Part shown: positions 46,475 through 56,417 of the stretch, one piece after another
Layout: each line of letters starts with the position of its first letter
Position numbering within the stretch: the stretch's first letter is position 1
Assembly (NCBI GenBank): GCA_032718475.1
Contig: JAUCBJ010000071.1
Span: 12,532-76,531, forward strand
DNA: 64,000 nucleotides
Source: Nemertoderma westbladi
Lineage: Eukaryota; Animalia; Xenacoelomorpha
Reading direction: 5' to 3'
Program-made: the position numbers and the translations under genes
The notes under the pieces: model-generated
Seen by the model: the letters and a program-made list of their open reading frames with translations, nothing else
What the model was told of the DNA's origin: nothing
Databases searched by the model: none

Positions 46475-47053
46475 CTAATTATATTTTACAACAAAAACCC
46501 TCGCACCAAACAATAATAAATTATTAACCAGTTTGTTGAATATAGGGTAATATATATGAAATTTAAATGGGGAACACATTAATGTACATTTACCGGTGTA
46601 GAAGCAGCAAACAACAACATTATTATTTATTCTGACTTTACAGTTATTGAATATTTCAGGTTCATATATAACTTGAAGTTGCACATTATCAAAGACAACA
46701 TAAAACCCGGTATTGTTTATCAATAACCTATAGACTACAGACTTAATACTAAAAATATAAGTACATAAATTAACAGATTTTAAAATCAAATTAATACTAG
46801 TTTTATCAAATATATGCTTTTTTACTTTTTGGAAATTATACTTACTGCCTAATAATGTAATACGACCATTTTTAAATATTAATAATGTAGCCCCAAATAT
46901 CTTATATATAAACTGATTTGGTTTGAGTATGTGTTTACCAGATAATTGATTTTTTAATTCTTTAAAATTAATCGCTGACACTTGCTGGCAACTTATATTT
47001 TTATTTACTATTTGATAATTCATCATCAATACCATCGTCTTTTGGTTCTTCAT
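46475..47053 (-). CDS. Divergent TATA-box-binding protein (TBP)-like protein
   Basis: Two-repeat TBP signature. Repeat 1: YQIVN..ISC..INFKEL..KPNQFIYK..ATLLIFKNGRITLLG. Repeat 2: SVNLCTY..YEPEIFNNCKVR..VVCCFYTGKCTL (compare TBP YEPELFPGLIYR..VLLIFVSGKVVLTG). Confidence 0.75.
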   Translation of the reverse strand: MKNQKTMVLMMNYQIVNKNISCQQVSAINFKELKNQLSGKHILKPNQFIYKIFGATLLIFKNGRITLLGSKYNFQKVKKHIFDKTSINLILKSVNLCTYIFSIKSVVYRLLINNTGFYVVFDNVQLQVIYEPEIFNNCKVRINNNVVVCCFYTGKCTLMCSPFKFHIYYPIFNKLVNNLLLFGARVFVVKYN

Positions 47054-47059
47054 AAATTG

Positions 47060-50000
47060 GTATATTTGATATTTTTATAGGTTTTTTGAGGTTTGTTTTA
47101 TAGTGCCCCCAAGGAAGCGAATGATTTTTATTAACCCAATAAAGTTTATCGTCAAAGCTACTGAGTGCAAATTTATTTTGCTTTAAGGTATAAATACGAT
47201 GTAATTTAGTTTGAAATCTGTTATATGTTTTTTTTCATTTCTTCATTTGAGTTATATGCTTTTAAATATTCTTCATGTGTAATATTCGTTTCCACAACAG
47301 CTCTTGTAATACCTTTTGCTCTACGAATATTTTTGTTATTCCATTTCAAAATTGAATATAATTTTGGTCTTAAAAATACTGCTTGTTTAATTTCACGTGA
47401 GGCTAGTTCGTCTTTACAGTAATAGAGTTGGGACTTATTTTTATCGCTGTAAAGAGGGTGATCCTTAGGGTAATTGGAAGTGTCTAAAATATTATTTTTA
47501 ATTAAGGCTTTTAAAAAATTATTCTGCGATGTATTATAATAACAACCTATTAAAGAGTCAGTGTCTGATGCAGCAATTTCAATACGACAGTTTAATTCTT
47601 TCTCAATAGGTAGCAATTTATTGTAAAACAGCTCATACATATCCAATTTAGCCAAGTCCAACACAGCGCTACCAATAAATATAGGCTTATCGAGAGTTAC
47701 AGAGTCTTTCACAAATAAATGTCCCGATAATGTATTATTGTATATTATAAATTGTTCATGATTATACAATTTACCAATTGATCGCATTTATCGTTGCTAT
47801 TTGCGATACGAAAGTTACATCGATCTCTTATCTTTTCTATTGATTTGCCAAACAGTGAATTATTGAGCAATTTCGCGACAGCTGTTTCAATGTAACTTTT
47901 TGCTAGGCGCCTTTGATTAATATTAAAATCTATGTAGGGCTTAAATACAAAGTCTTGATGGAAAGAATATAATTTATGGAGCTTAGTAACAATTAATCCA
48001 TGTTTTATATAAAATTTTAACAGTACAAATGTAAATGATAAAACTCTATCAAATTGCGTCAGCAAGAGTTTTGGTGTAGACATCCTATATTTACGGGAGG
48101 TACCTCTTTGTATTGACAAGTTATTAAATTGTTCCCGCATATAAGGTGAAAGCATTGATTCATTTATACTTAAATGCTCAGGGGCTAACGGTAATTGTAA
48201 TGTTTGATCGTGAATAGCCTTGGGATAATTTAAATCACATATTAAAAAATATCCGGTAGATCCATCAATGTCTAAATCTACCAAGTACTCGATTAGTTTT
48301 TCTGGAATTGCATTCACTAAATGTTTAATACTTACTTCTTTGAATTGCGAGGTGGGTAGTTTTTTACTTAAATTCCCAGAATATAAAGAGTTGAAATCAA
48401 TATTAAAAATATGGCATTCTTCCTTAGTAGAATCATATGTACTTGTTCCTTGTATATTTGATTCTATATAATGCTTTCGACAAAATGAAACACCACCCCT
48501 AATTGATTTTTCAAAATCTCTATATGTCTGATAATCCTTTATTAATTCTATTTTACATTTATTATATTTTAGCGCGCAATCATAGGTAAATGACGCGATA
48601 CTACAGTAAAAAACCACTTCTAAATCGTAATTTTGTTTACAAACATTCCTAAAATTCTCAAATATATCGGCAAGCAAACAAACATCGAGTTTTAAATAGG
48701 CTAAAAGATAATCTTTGAGATTCACACAGTCGAATTCAACCCATGATAATTCCGCAAACCTATAATCTTCAATTGTATATGTTTTTTGACTTAAGTTACT
48801 AAAAAAATTATTTATAGAGGGCAAACTAGTATCATTAAATTTATTAATATCTGTCAAGTACTCGTATGGAAATACTCCTTTCCGTTTAATTGTTGAGTTA
48901 TTCAAGTTTGGATAAAAATATTTCATTTCTTGTAGAGTAATAGGTAAAATTGAGCTTATATCATGACTCGCTACATCCTTTATTGAACACTCAACTAAAT
49001 TACTTAAAGAAAAGCTTAAAAATTGATATGTGTCCAAGAAACGTAACTCAATTTTTTTAGAAGTGTTTTTAATTGGGATAAATGCACTCAGTGAAATATA
49101 TCGTTCTGTATTTCTCGGTATAACCTTTATATCCCAATCTGTGTATTTCTTATCTCTAAATCCGGTTTGTAATATACAATATATATCGTAGTTGTTGGAA
49201 TTGTGCCCGCAAAGTACATACAGGTATCGTTACAATGATAAACTTCGGTTACAACTATTACAGGCTGCCGCAATATATTTACCAGTAATATGTGAATGGT
49301 GTCTGTTTTTCCCAACATTATTATTTAAAGTAACATTACAATAGAAACAGAATTTTGCTTGTTCAAAATTTACAAAATCAATATTAGTAAATGACATGGT
49401 TTTATGAGTGTATATGTCTGACCAACAACATAATTCAGTTAAATCAGTATATAATGAATCTAAGAAATCTTGAATACAATTATTATTATTATTTGTCTTT
49501 ACAAATGTTTTCAAATGACATTTTGGTGGGTCAATTAATTCAGTATTGGGAACAATTAAATAACTCACAGCGCACGGTATATGCTCCTGTATAAATTGAT
49601 TATTAACTGAAGGTTGTAAGATACATTCTATATCAAAGTAGGTGACAAACAATGGGGATAAGGTTCTATCTAAATTTGTAAAACTAATGTGTGTTCTTTT
49701 TTTATTAGGTAGTTTCTCACGCTGACTTCTTCCTTGGTAGCAGGCGAGACGGTATCGATGAAGAACTTCCGCTCGAAAAAAATGAGCCAAGCACCTTTCA
49801 CAAAATTGCCTACCTCGGGTATGAAGAGCTCTCGTATTCAGCAATAGATTCAAGTTAGTAATGCAAACATAATGATTCAGTTTAGGTACATTGTTATTTT
49901 TTACTACAAGTAATATATTTAATAACTGTTTATCAGGTGTAATTTTACTAAACGGAGGTTGTCTTAATATAGATACAGGGGTGCGTTTGTTGTTGTTATT

Positions 50001-51055
50001 CCAATATAGTAAATTAATTATATATTTTGAATTTTGTTTTTCAAAAAGTTTAATCGCTAACTGCCACTCTGATAATCTTTGTTCCCATTGTCAAAAATGA
50101 AATGACTCATATAATTTTTGTACAATTAAGTATGGTTTTTGTTGTTTTTCACTTTGCTACCAAATTTTGCGGATATAATAGCCCATTTGAAACAATCATT
50201 ATCAGCTGTTTGTATATTTATTGTACATTTTTTAGCTGATAAAGCCTTAGGTAATTCCATATATCCATGCCCCTTATATAGTAACGACCTACACTTAGAT
50301 TCAGCTAATTTAATTTCAACCCTTAATAAAGATTTACTACGCCACCCCGAACCACGTGTGTTAAAGATGGCTATTTTTTGTAATATATTTCCCAGCACAT
50401 ACTCAAACCATGAGTCAAAACTTTGCGGCGAATCTACAGTATTAATAGCACCACCGGAAGAATTAAAATAAAAGGTTTCCAATTGCTCGCCTTCTGAAAA
50501 ATGTGATCTGTACATTAATACATTTAGACCTAACCACAGTCTAAGAACATTCATTTCTTTCAATCTATCTAATATTAACTGAAGAATATTACCTCGAATT
50601 TGTGCTAATGCTGTTTCTACATCGGGATAATCTCTAGAAGTTGGTAGGTCGTGGACATAAATTTCAAGACGATTATCGTGAGCTTCTTGTTCCCGCGTAA
50701 AAATTGTTGCGCATGTACCAAGAGCCACCCTTAAGTTTTTTCTGGATAATATATTTTTATGTTGCGGAAATTTACGCTTTCTTGTGTAGTAACATTTCAA
50801 GTGACAGTCGTGTCGTATATAATTCTCATATGTATACTCTTTATTACAGGTAGAACAAGTCAATTGATAGGTGCGGAACTCCATTTCTTTACAACCAGTA
50901 GTTGATTCATGTCGTTTACAAATTTCGCTGCATGAAGTCACGACATGACACTTAAAACAAGAATAACCTTCAAAATGTGACCGTAGGTGGCGTAAGTAAT
51001 TATGTCTAGTTACATTCATATGACAGAATGAACAACATATTGTTATTTTATCCAT
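47060..51055 (-). pseudogene. Protein-primed DNA polymerase B (pPolB) broken by several frameshifts
   Basis: N-terminal C2H2 fingers, GSGW, NDCFKWA, HYVCI, exonuclease YFDIE, CFYC..HSHITGKY..ACNSCN, HN..NYD, RKGVFPYEY, SIRGG, DFNSLY, KLLNNSLFGK, SDTDS, LRPKLYS, AKGI and LSSFDDK. Confidence 0.95.
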
Positions 51056-51244
51056 GTTAAAGTTTGTTTAGATAAATAATAATAATAATAATAATAAAAT
51101 ATCTCCAAAGATTAAAATAAAATGAAATGATATGATATTGACTATATCTAAACATTTATATGCTAGCGAGTGAAATAATTTTAAACCAATCACAAATCGC
51201 ATATGACCATTGGAAACCACAAAGAGTTTAACTTATGATCAGGT

Positions 51245-52309
51245 TTACATGTTAGGATAATAATCAGGTTTCCATGGAGAATTAGTAACAGGCTCTACTA
51301 GAACTGGGTTACTGACAACTTTCTGTTTCTTTGCAGGTGATGCGTTGGTAAATTTACTCGATGATCTTGGCTTCCGAGGTAATATTTCAGGAAAGACCTG
51401 TTGCGGTTGAGAGCAACTCTCTTCAACATCCGGATTAGGTGATGGGATCTCTACGAACGCTTTAGGTTTATCCAAAAGGACAAAACCGTCAACATGGGCT
51501 TCAGTAAGAGAAATGCCCTCCATCGATTCTTTGAGAAAACTAATATGGGCTTTATCATTCAAGTAATGCAACTCGATAGAATTTCCACCGGCACCTACTT
51601 CAGTAGAATTATCGGTGTTGGTGATAATAATTTTTTTATTATTGGTTTTAATCATTTTGAGACGGTCTGATAATTGAATGATATTTTTATCAAAAATATG
51701 CTTGTCTGTTTCATCGACTTGGTTGTCCCACTCTCGCAACAAAACGGTTAGTTCCTGTTTTGACAAATTGAAACCTGTATAATAGTTAAAACCAACACTA
51801 TCAGCGTATCTGAGGCTGATTTTCCATAAGCCAACATAGTTGGTTCCTTTAAAAGCTGTTACAAATCCAATAAACTCTGGATTTGATAATTCAATGTAGA
51901 ATTGATCGCTAATAATCTCTAGCAGTGGAGAGAGAAATTGCAATAATTTCCCTCTGTATTGAATTAGAACTTCAGTAAAAGCTTTGTTGAGAACTTTACA
52001 TTTGCCTTGTTTCTGAACGTAAACATCACCCGATGTGGGGTTGATGGAAATATTCAAATTTCCCCGCGCAAAACGAAGAGTGGGATATATCCTACCTGGT
52101 ATAATTGCTGGTCTGGATTGATGTTGGTTGTTGTTGGTTGTTTCTAGAATGTCTAACAAATAGCGGGTATCTTGATGGGAAAAACAAATTGATTCGTTAT
52201 CCTCCTGAGATTCCACAATAAAATACTTGCTGTGAACGACGGTACAAGTATATTTATTGTAAGTAAATTTCCAGCTATTTGTTGCTCCGGTTTTTTGCGT
52301 TAAGGCCAT
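51245..52309 (-). CDS. PC4/Sub1-like ssDNA-binding / coactivator repeat protein with a C-terminal NLS
   Basis: FVTAFKGTNYVGLWK...TGFNLSKQELTVL resembles PC4 VREFKG..IDIREY..KGISL..EQW..L; further degenerate repeats (MEGISLTEAH, ESICFSHQD); NLS-like PAKKQKV. Confidence 0.6.
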   Translation of the reverse strand: MALTQKTGATNSWKFTYNKYTCTVVHSKYFIVESQEDNESICFSHQDTRYLLDILETTNNNQHQSRPAIIPGRIYPTLRFARGNLNISINPTSGDVYVQKQGKCKVLNKAFTEVLIQYRGKLLQFLSPLLEIISDQFYIELSNPEFIGFVTAFKGTNYVGLWKISLRYADSVGFNYYTGFNLSKQELTVLLREWDNQVDETDKHIFDKNIIQLSDRLKMIKTNNKKIIITNTDNSTEVGAGGNSIELHYLNDKAHISFLKESMEGISLTEAHVDGFVLLDKPKAFVEIPSPNPDVEESCSQPQQVFPEILPRKPRSSSKFTNASPAKKQKVVSNPVLVEPVTNSPWKPDYYPNM

Positions 52310-52401
52310 AATAATAATAAATACGAAAAATATTACAAGTGATAAATTTTAAACTGTATCGCTGTAATAAATTGACACCATAGTTCTCACTCTAAAATTG
52401 T

Positions 52402-52565
52402 GTTGGTCGGAAAACGACACCTGATAAAAATGATGCTGAGTTCGACATTAGGTATCGACCCAAAAACAAAAATCGGGTGAGACACGTAGCTCAGATTTTC
52501 GTTTTTAGGTCGATACCCAATGCTGGAATCAGTATCATTTTATGTGGTGTCGTTTTCCGACCAAC
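52402..52565. repeat. Long imperfect inverted repeat (164-nt hairpin)
   Basis: GTTGGTCGGAAAACGACACC pairs perfectly with GGTGTCGTTTTCCGACCAAC; the inner arms pair with mismatches. Confidence 0.9.
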
Positions 52566-52974
52566 GAATATACAACGAGTAAGATAATGTATAAATTATT
52601 AAGGAAATAACACAATGTCAGAGTGAGAACAAAAAAATGAGATATGGTATCAATATATTACCATGAAGATTACAAGTGATGAATTTTAAATAAAAACATT
52701 CAGTTATATAAGTTTCTGAATACGTGATGCGGCATAGTCAACGTAGAAGAGATGGGACGTGTCATAATCATCGACGAATAAGAAAAGAGATGGGGTGCAA
52801 CGTGGTTGAATGGTTGGTTGGTTACGTGGATAGGAAATACGTGAAAGAATATGAATCATAGGGTTGTGTGTAATAATAATCAATAATTATTATAAAAACG
52901 CACAGTATAATGTTAGTAGTAGTAGTAGCCTTTCAATATGGCACAGATGCTGCGGGATCGGTTAGCTTGAGTAA

Positions 52975-53449
52975 CTACTATGGAAATGCTCGTATACGTG
53001 TAGTTAACACGAGGCGGAATTTCATGCACATGTATCATACTGAGTGGTTGGTTTGTTGGTTTGGCGACGGCTGTCGTGGAGTTGGCAATCGATATAATAT
53101 AATATATGCACGATGCGAGTAGTTGGTGGCCACGTCGTCGTTGTTGTCATCATATACAGTATACAGCGGTGGTGGTGGTGGTGGTGGTGATGACGTGTCG
53201 AAAAGGTGAATAACATTAGGCTTAGGGTTAGTTAGTTAGTTAGTCAGTAAGGCGGGCATCCACGAGGTTAGGCTACGCTACGCTACGCTTGGTTGATGGC
53301 AACTGCCGATCGATGGATGGTGGTGACAGATGTGGCGCGCACCGCAATTTAGCACCGGAATTTGGCATTTTTGAATAGCCCTCCGAATGGAATGTGCATA
53401 GCCCAGGCTTAGGGAGGACTTTGTTGGGGGCCATGCTTTATCTACTACT
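52975..53449 (-). repeat. Polinton right TIR
   Basis: Reverse complement of the left TIR; ends CTACTACT followed by TSD TTCATC. Confidence 0.92.
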
Positions 53450-53455
53450 TTCATC

Positions 53456-55715
53456 CATGGTAATGTATGGTGGGAAGTTGTAGAAGAATCCATATCAACT
53501 TGCATTAAAGATGCTGAAACACACCTTCTCGCACGGATGAGCGAGCCACCTTCCATATCATTAACCAGTCACCATTCATTGATGACAAAAACGTCACAAG
53601 AACGATTGGCAGAAGAACAGAGACACCTAAAAGAAGTAGAATTAGATCTTCGCCATTTTGATGAAGAAACCGAAATTAGAGAAAGATCTAGGTCTTTGAG
53701 AGAAGCGTTAGAACGCCGCCATCATATTAGGAAGGTAGAACAGGCAAGACTGGCTACAGAAATATCAAATGATGAAATACAAATAATGAGCAATAACATC
53801 AATGTGGCAGCGCCTCTATCCCCGATTATTGAGGTTATAGACCCTACTACAATAATCACACCATCTAGTGTCCAATCTACTGTACCAGTACCACCATCTA
53901 CGAATGTCATCTCTGCTGCTAATGACACTCATGGGCCGCTAGAGCACAGGCTTTCTACCCCCGTCCCCCTACTATGCATCAGGTTCATTATTCCGCTCCA
54001 TTGTGGACCCCACCACCTCAACTTTCCACGCCTATGCAATCTAAACAGTGGATTCCTAACAAGGGTTATCAAAGTCCTGGATATACTACATTGATGCGTC
54101 CCTCAACGCCGACATCTATCCACCACAGTCACTATAACTGGGGTCCAGTTAATCAATCTTTCAACCCATTTTCGATGGACAATGGAGAATCATTTCCTGT
54201 CACTCGAAGGCCAGTGACTTCGTCTACACCCTTCCATGATGGATGGATTGATAATGCTTGAGGTGAGGGAATTTCCATTAATGTAGACCCTTCTATTATT
54301 CACTCGCTACAAACTTTACCTAAAATAGAAATGGAGCCAACTTTCATATCAACATTTAAGGCTTTAGTGCACGATGTAGTTCCAACAGTTGCCCAAAAGA
54401 TGGCGTTGTTACGTGGGTTCCTTACCCCAGCGATCAGAGTAGCTGATCTGATTGACGAGCCTTTGTTATATTACGAGACTCTATGTGAATTGAAACAAAT
54501 GTATGGAGATCGCCATTTAATTGCAGCCGAACATATATATCGACTCAAACAAATCCCTGAAGTAAAAGTTAATGACTATGCGTCTTTGGCTTAGTTTTCG
54601 TTGAAGCTACATGGATCGGTATCTGCATTAAAGGCTTGTAGCTACCATTCTGACATTACCGCGGCGAGTAATGTACGAGATCTCGTAGCTAAATTACCAA
54701 ATAAATATCAAGATCAATGGAGCAATGTAGCAGTTGGCTTGCGACCTAGGACACCTAGTTTGAGCGACCTAGATACTTGGATTTCAAAAAAGGTAATATC
54801 CATGAGGATTGTAGAATCTACTTTACGAAAGTTCAAACCTAAATCCGATCCTACTAACTGGAAATCATCAAAAGATTATTTCAAGAGGAAACCAATGAAC
54901 ACTATCATGCCAACTATTAATGCTACACAAGATGTAGATTCATCAGCAGATGACTATGATCATCAAAGTGATTATGATCACGTTTGTCTCACTAAAAGTC
55001 ATACAGTACGTAAACCATTGGTAGTGCAACAATCTTCCACAATTTGCCCACATTGTTCAGGTTCACATCTATTACCAAACTGCTCTGCATTCATTAAACT
55101 ATCACCATTGGATCGTGTGAATGTCGTGCGAGATAGCTATCTATGTTTTGCGTGTTTATCAGGTAAACACCAAGCTAAAGATTGCACATTGGTTAATCCA
55201 TGCAACATTGAAGGTTGTAATCGTAGACACCATCACTTAATTCATGACGCACCGAGAATATTTTGTTCTCAGAATTGCATAGAAGATAATGATAATGAAG
55301 ATAATAGCCCTCACATTGGTACAGTATCTTATGATGGCCCATCCATTGTTGCGCTGCAGATTGTGCCAATCCGACTGGAAGCTAAAAATGGCCGATCCAT
55401 AGATACATTTGCTTTTCTGGATGGTGGTGCACAACTTTCATTGATAGCACAGTCTATGGCGGACGAAATTGGCCTTGCGGGACCAAAATGCCCATTAAAT
55501 ATCGGGACACTCATTGGACGGCAACAGGATATACCTTCCCGTCTGGTTTCTTTTAGTTTATCTGTTAGGAATAGTCCTACAAAGTTTGATGTGTCAAATA
55601 TCCATACAATACCTTGCATGGGACTTCCCAAGCAGCGATTCGACTGGCCGAAATTTAAAACTCATTGGTCCCACTTGAAAATCTCGATCTCCCTAAAGTT
55701 GATTCAAAAGTCAGT
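53456..55715 (+). pseudogene. BEL/Pao element 1 gag-protease remainder, with stops and frameshifts, truncated before RT
   Basis: LPKIE..F; LVAKLP; triple zinc knuckle CPHCSGSH..C, CFACLSGKH..C, CNIEGCNRRHHHLIH; FLDGGAQ protease; WSHL. Confidence 0.88.
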
Positions 55716-55779
55716 GTATTATTTTATATATATATATATTATTATATATAAGTTATATTAGTGCAGGTTATGCTGAGCG

Positions 55780-56110
55780 TGTGTGTGAGAGTGAGATCTC
55801 AGAAGAAATACCAACTAAAGAAGTTTGGTATTCGACGCTAGAGGAATTTAACATTTTCCAAAAACCACATAATCTGTCGTAGCTGACGTCAGACTGCATG
55901 ATTTTTCACCAAACTGTACAAATTTCCTAAACTTTCCCTCTACTACTGACCTACTAAGTTTGGTTCAATTTCGAATCAGCGATGCCAAGAAATTCGCGTT
56001 TAAACATTTACCAGACGGACGGACAGACAGACGGACATGCCCCATTTGTCCTATATGAACCGTATGCCAAGGCTCGCCGACTCCGTGTCTCGCCCCACAG
56101 GCCAGGAGTG
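55780..56110 (+). mobile_element. Possible Helentron/DINE-1-like non-autonomous element
   Basis: (GACG/GACA)n microsatellite at about 56013-56036, followed by a GC-rich imperfect stem-loop near 56070-56095. Confidence 0.35.
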
Positions 56111-56417
56111 GGCCTATAGTGCAATAGTGTAGCAATTTTTAGTACTGGACTGGTACCCATATTTTGGGGCTAGGCTTCTACTGTATGGTATTATTGTATT
56201 TATTAGATTCGCCCCCAATCAAGGCAAACAGTAAAATCAGAATTAAATTAAAGAAATGTGATGTAATAAAAATACTATTTATACGATTACTGTGTCCGAC
56301 AACCGGAACCTTACCCTTCCCAAATCCACACATTATATTATACGAGTACCACGGGTTTCCCACCCAAGCCTAATGTTTGTACTGTAGGGGTAATTACTGT
56401 AGCGTTTGTACTGTAGG

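Larger units (their letters stand above)
35108..53449. mobile_element. Complete Polinton/Maverick (adintovirus-like endogenous dsDNA virus), 18342 bp
   Basis: AGTAGTAG...CTACTACT termini, long TIRs, 6-bp TSD TTCATC (35102-35107 and 53450-53455), and genes for integrase, pPolB, ATPase, protease, major and minor capsid. Confidence 0.96.
32676..55715 (+). mobile_element. BEL/Pao LTR retrotransposon 1 (5' LTR about 32676-33566, gag-protease only, 3'-truncated), host to the MITE and the Polinton
   Basis: PBS after the LTR. Gag starts at ATG 33656 and reads through after removing the two inserts (..SPTQY|GLKKL..DDDFI|HGNVWW..). Confidence 0.8.

Noticed and set aside
53216-53245. Telomeric TTAGGG repeats in the TIR
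   Set aside because: Only two copies within a (TTAG)n microsatellite; insufficient to call telomere-like ends.
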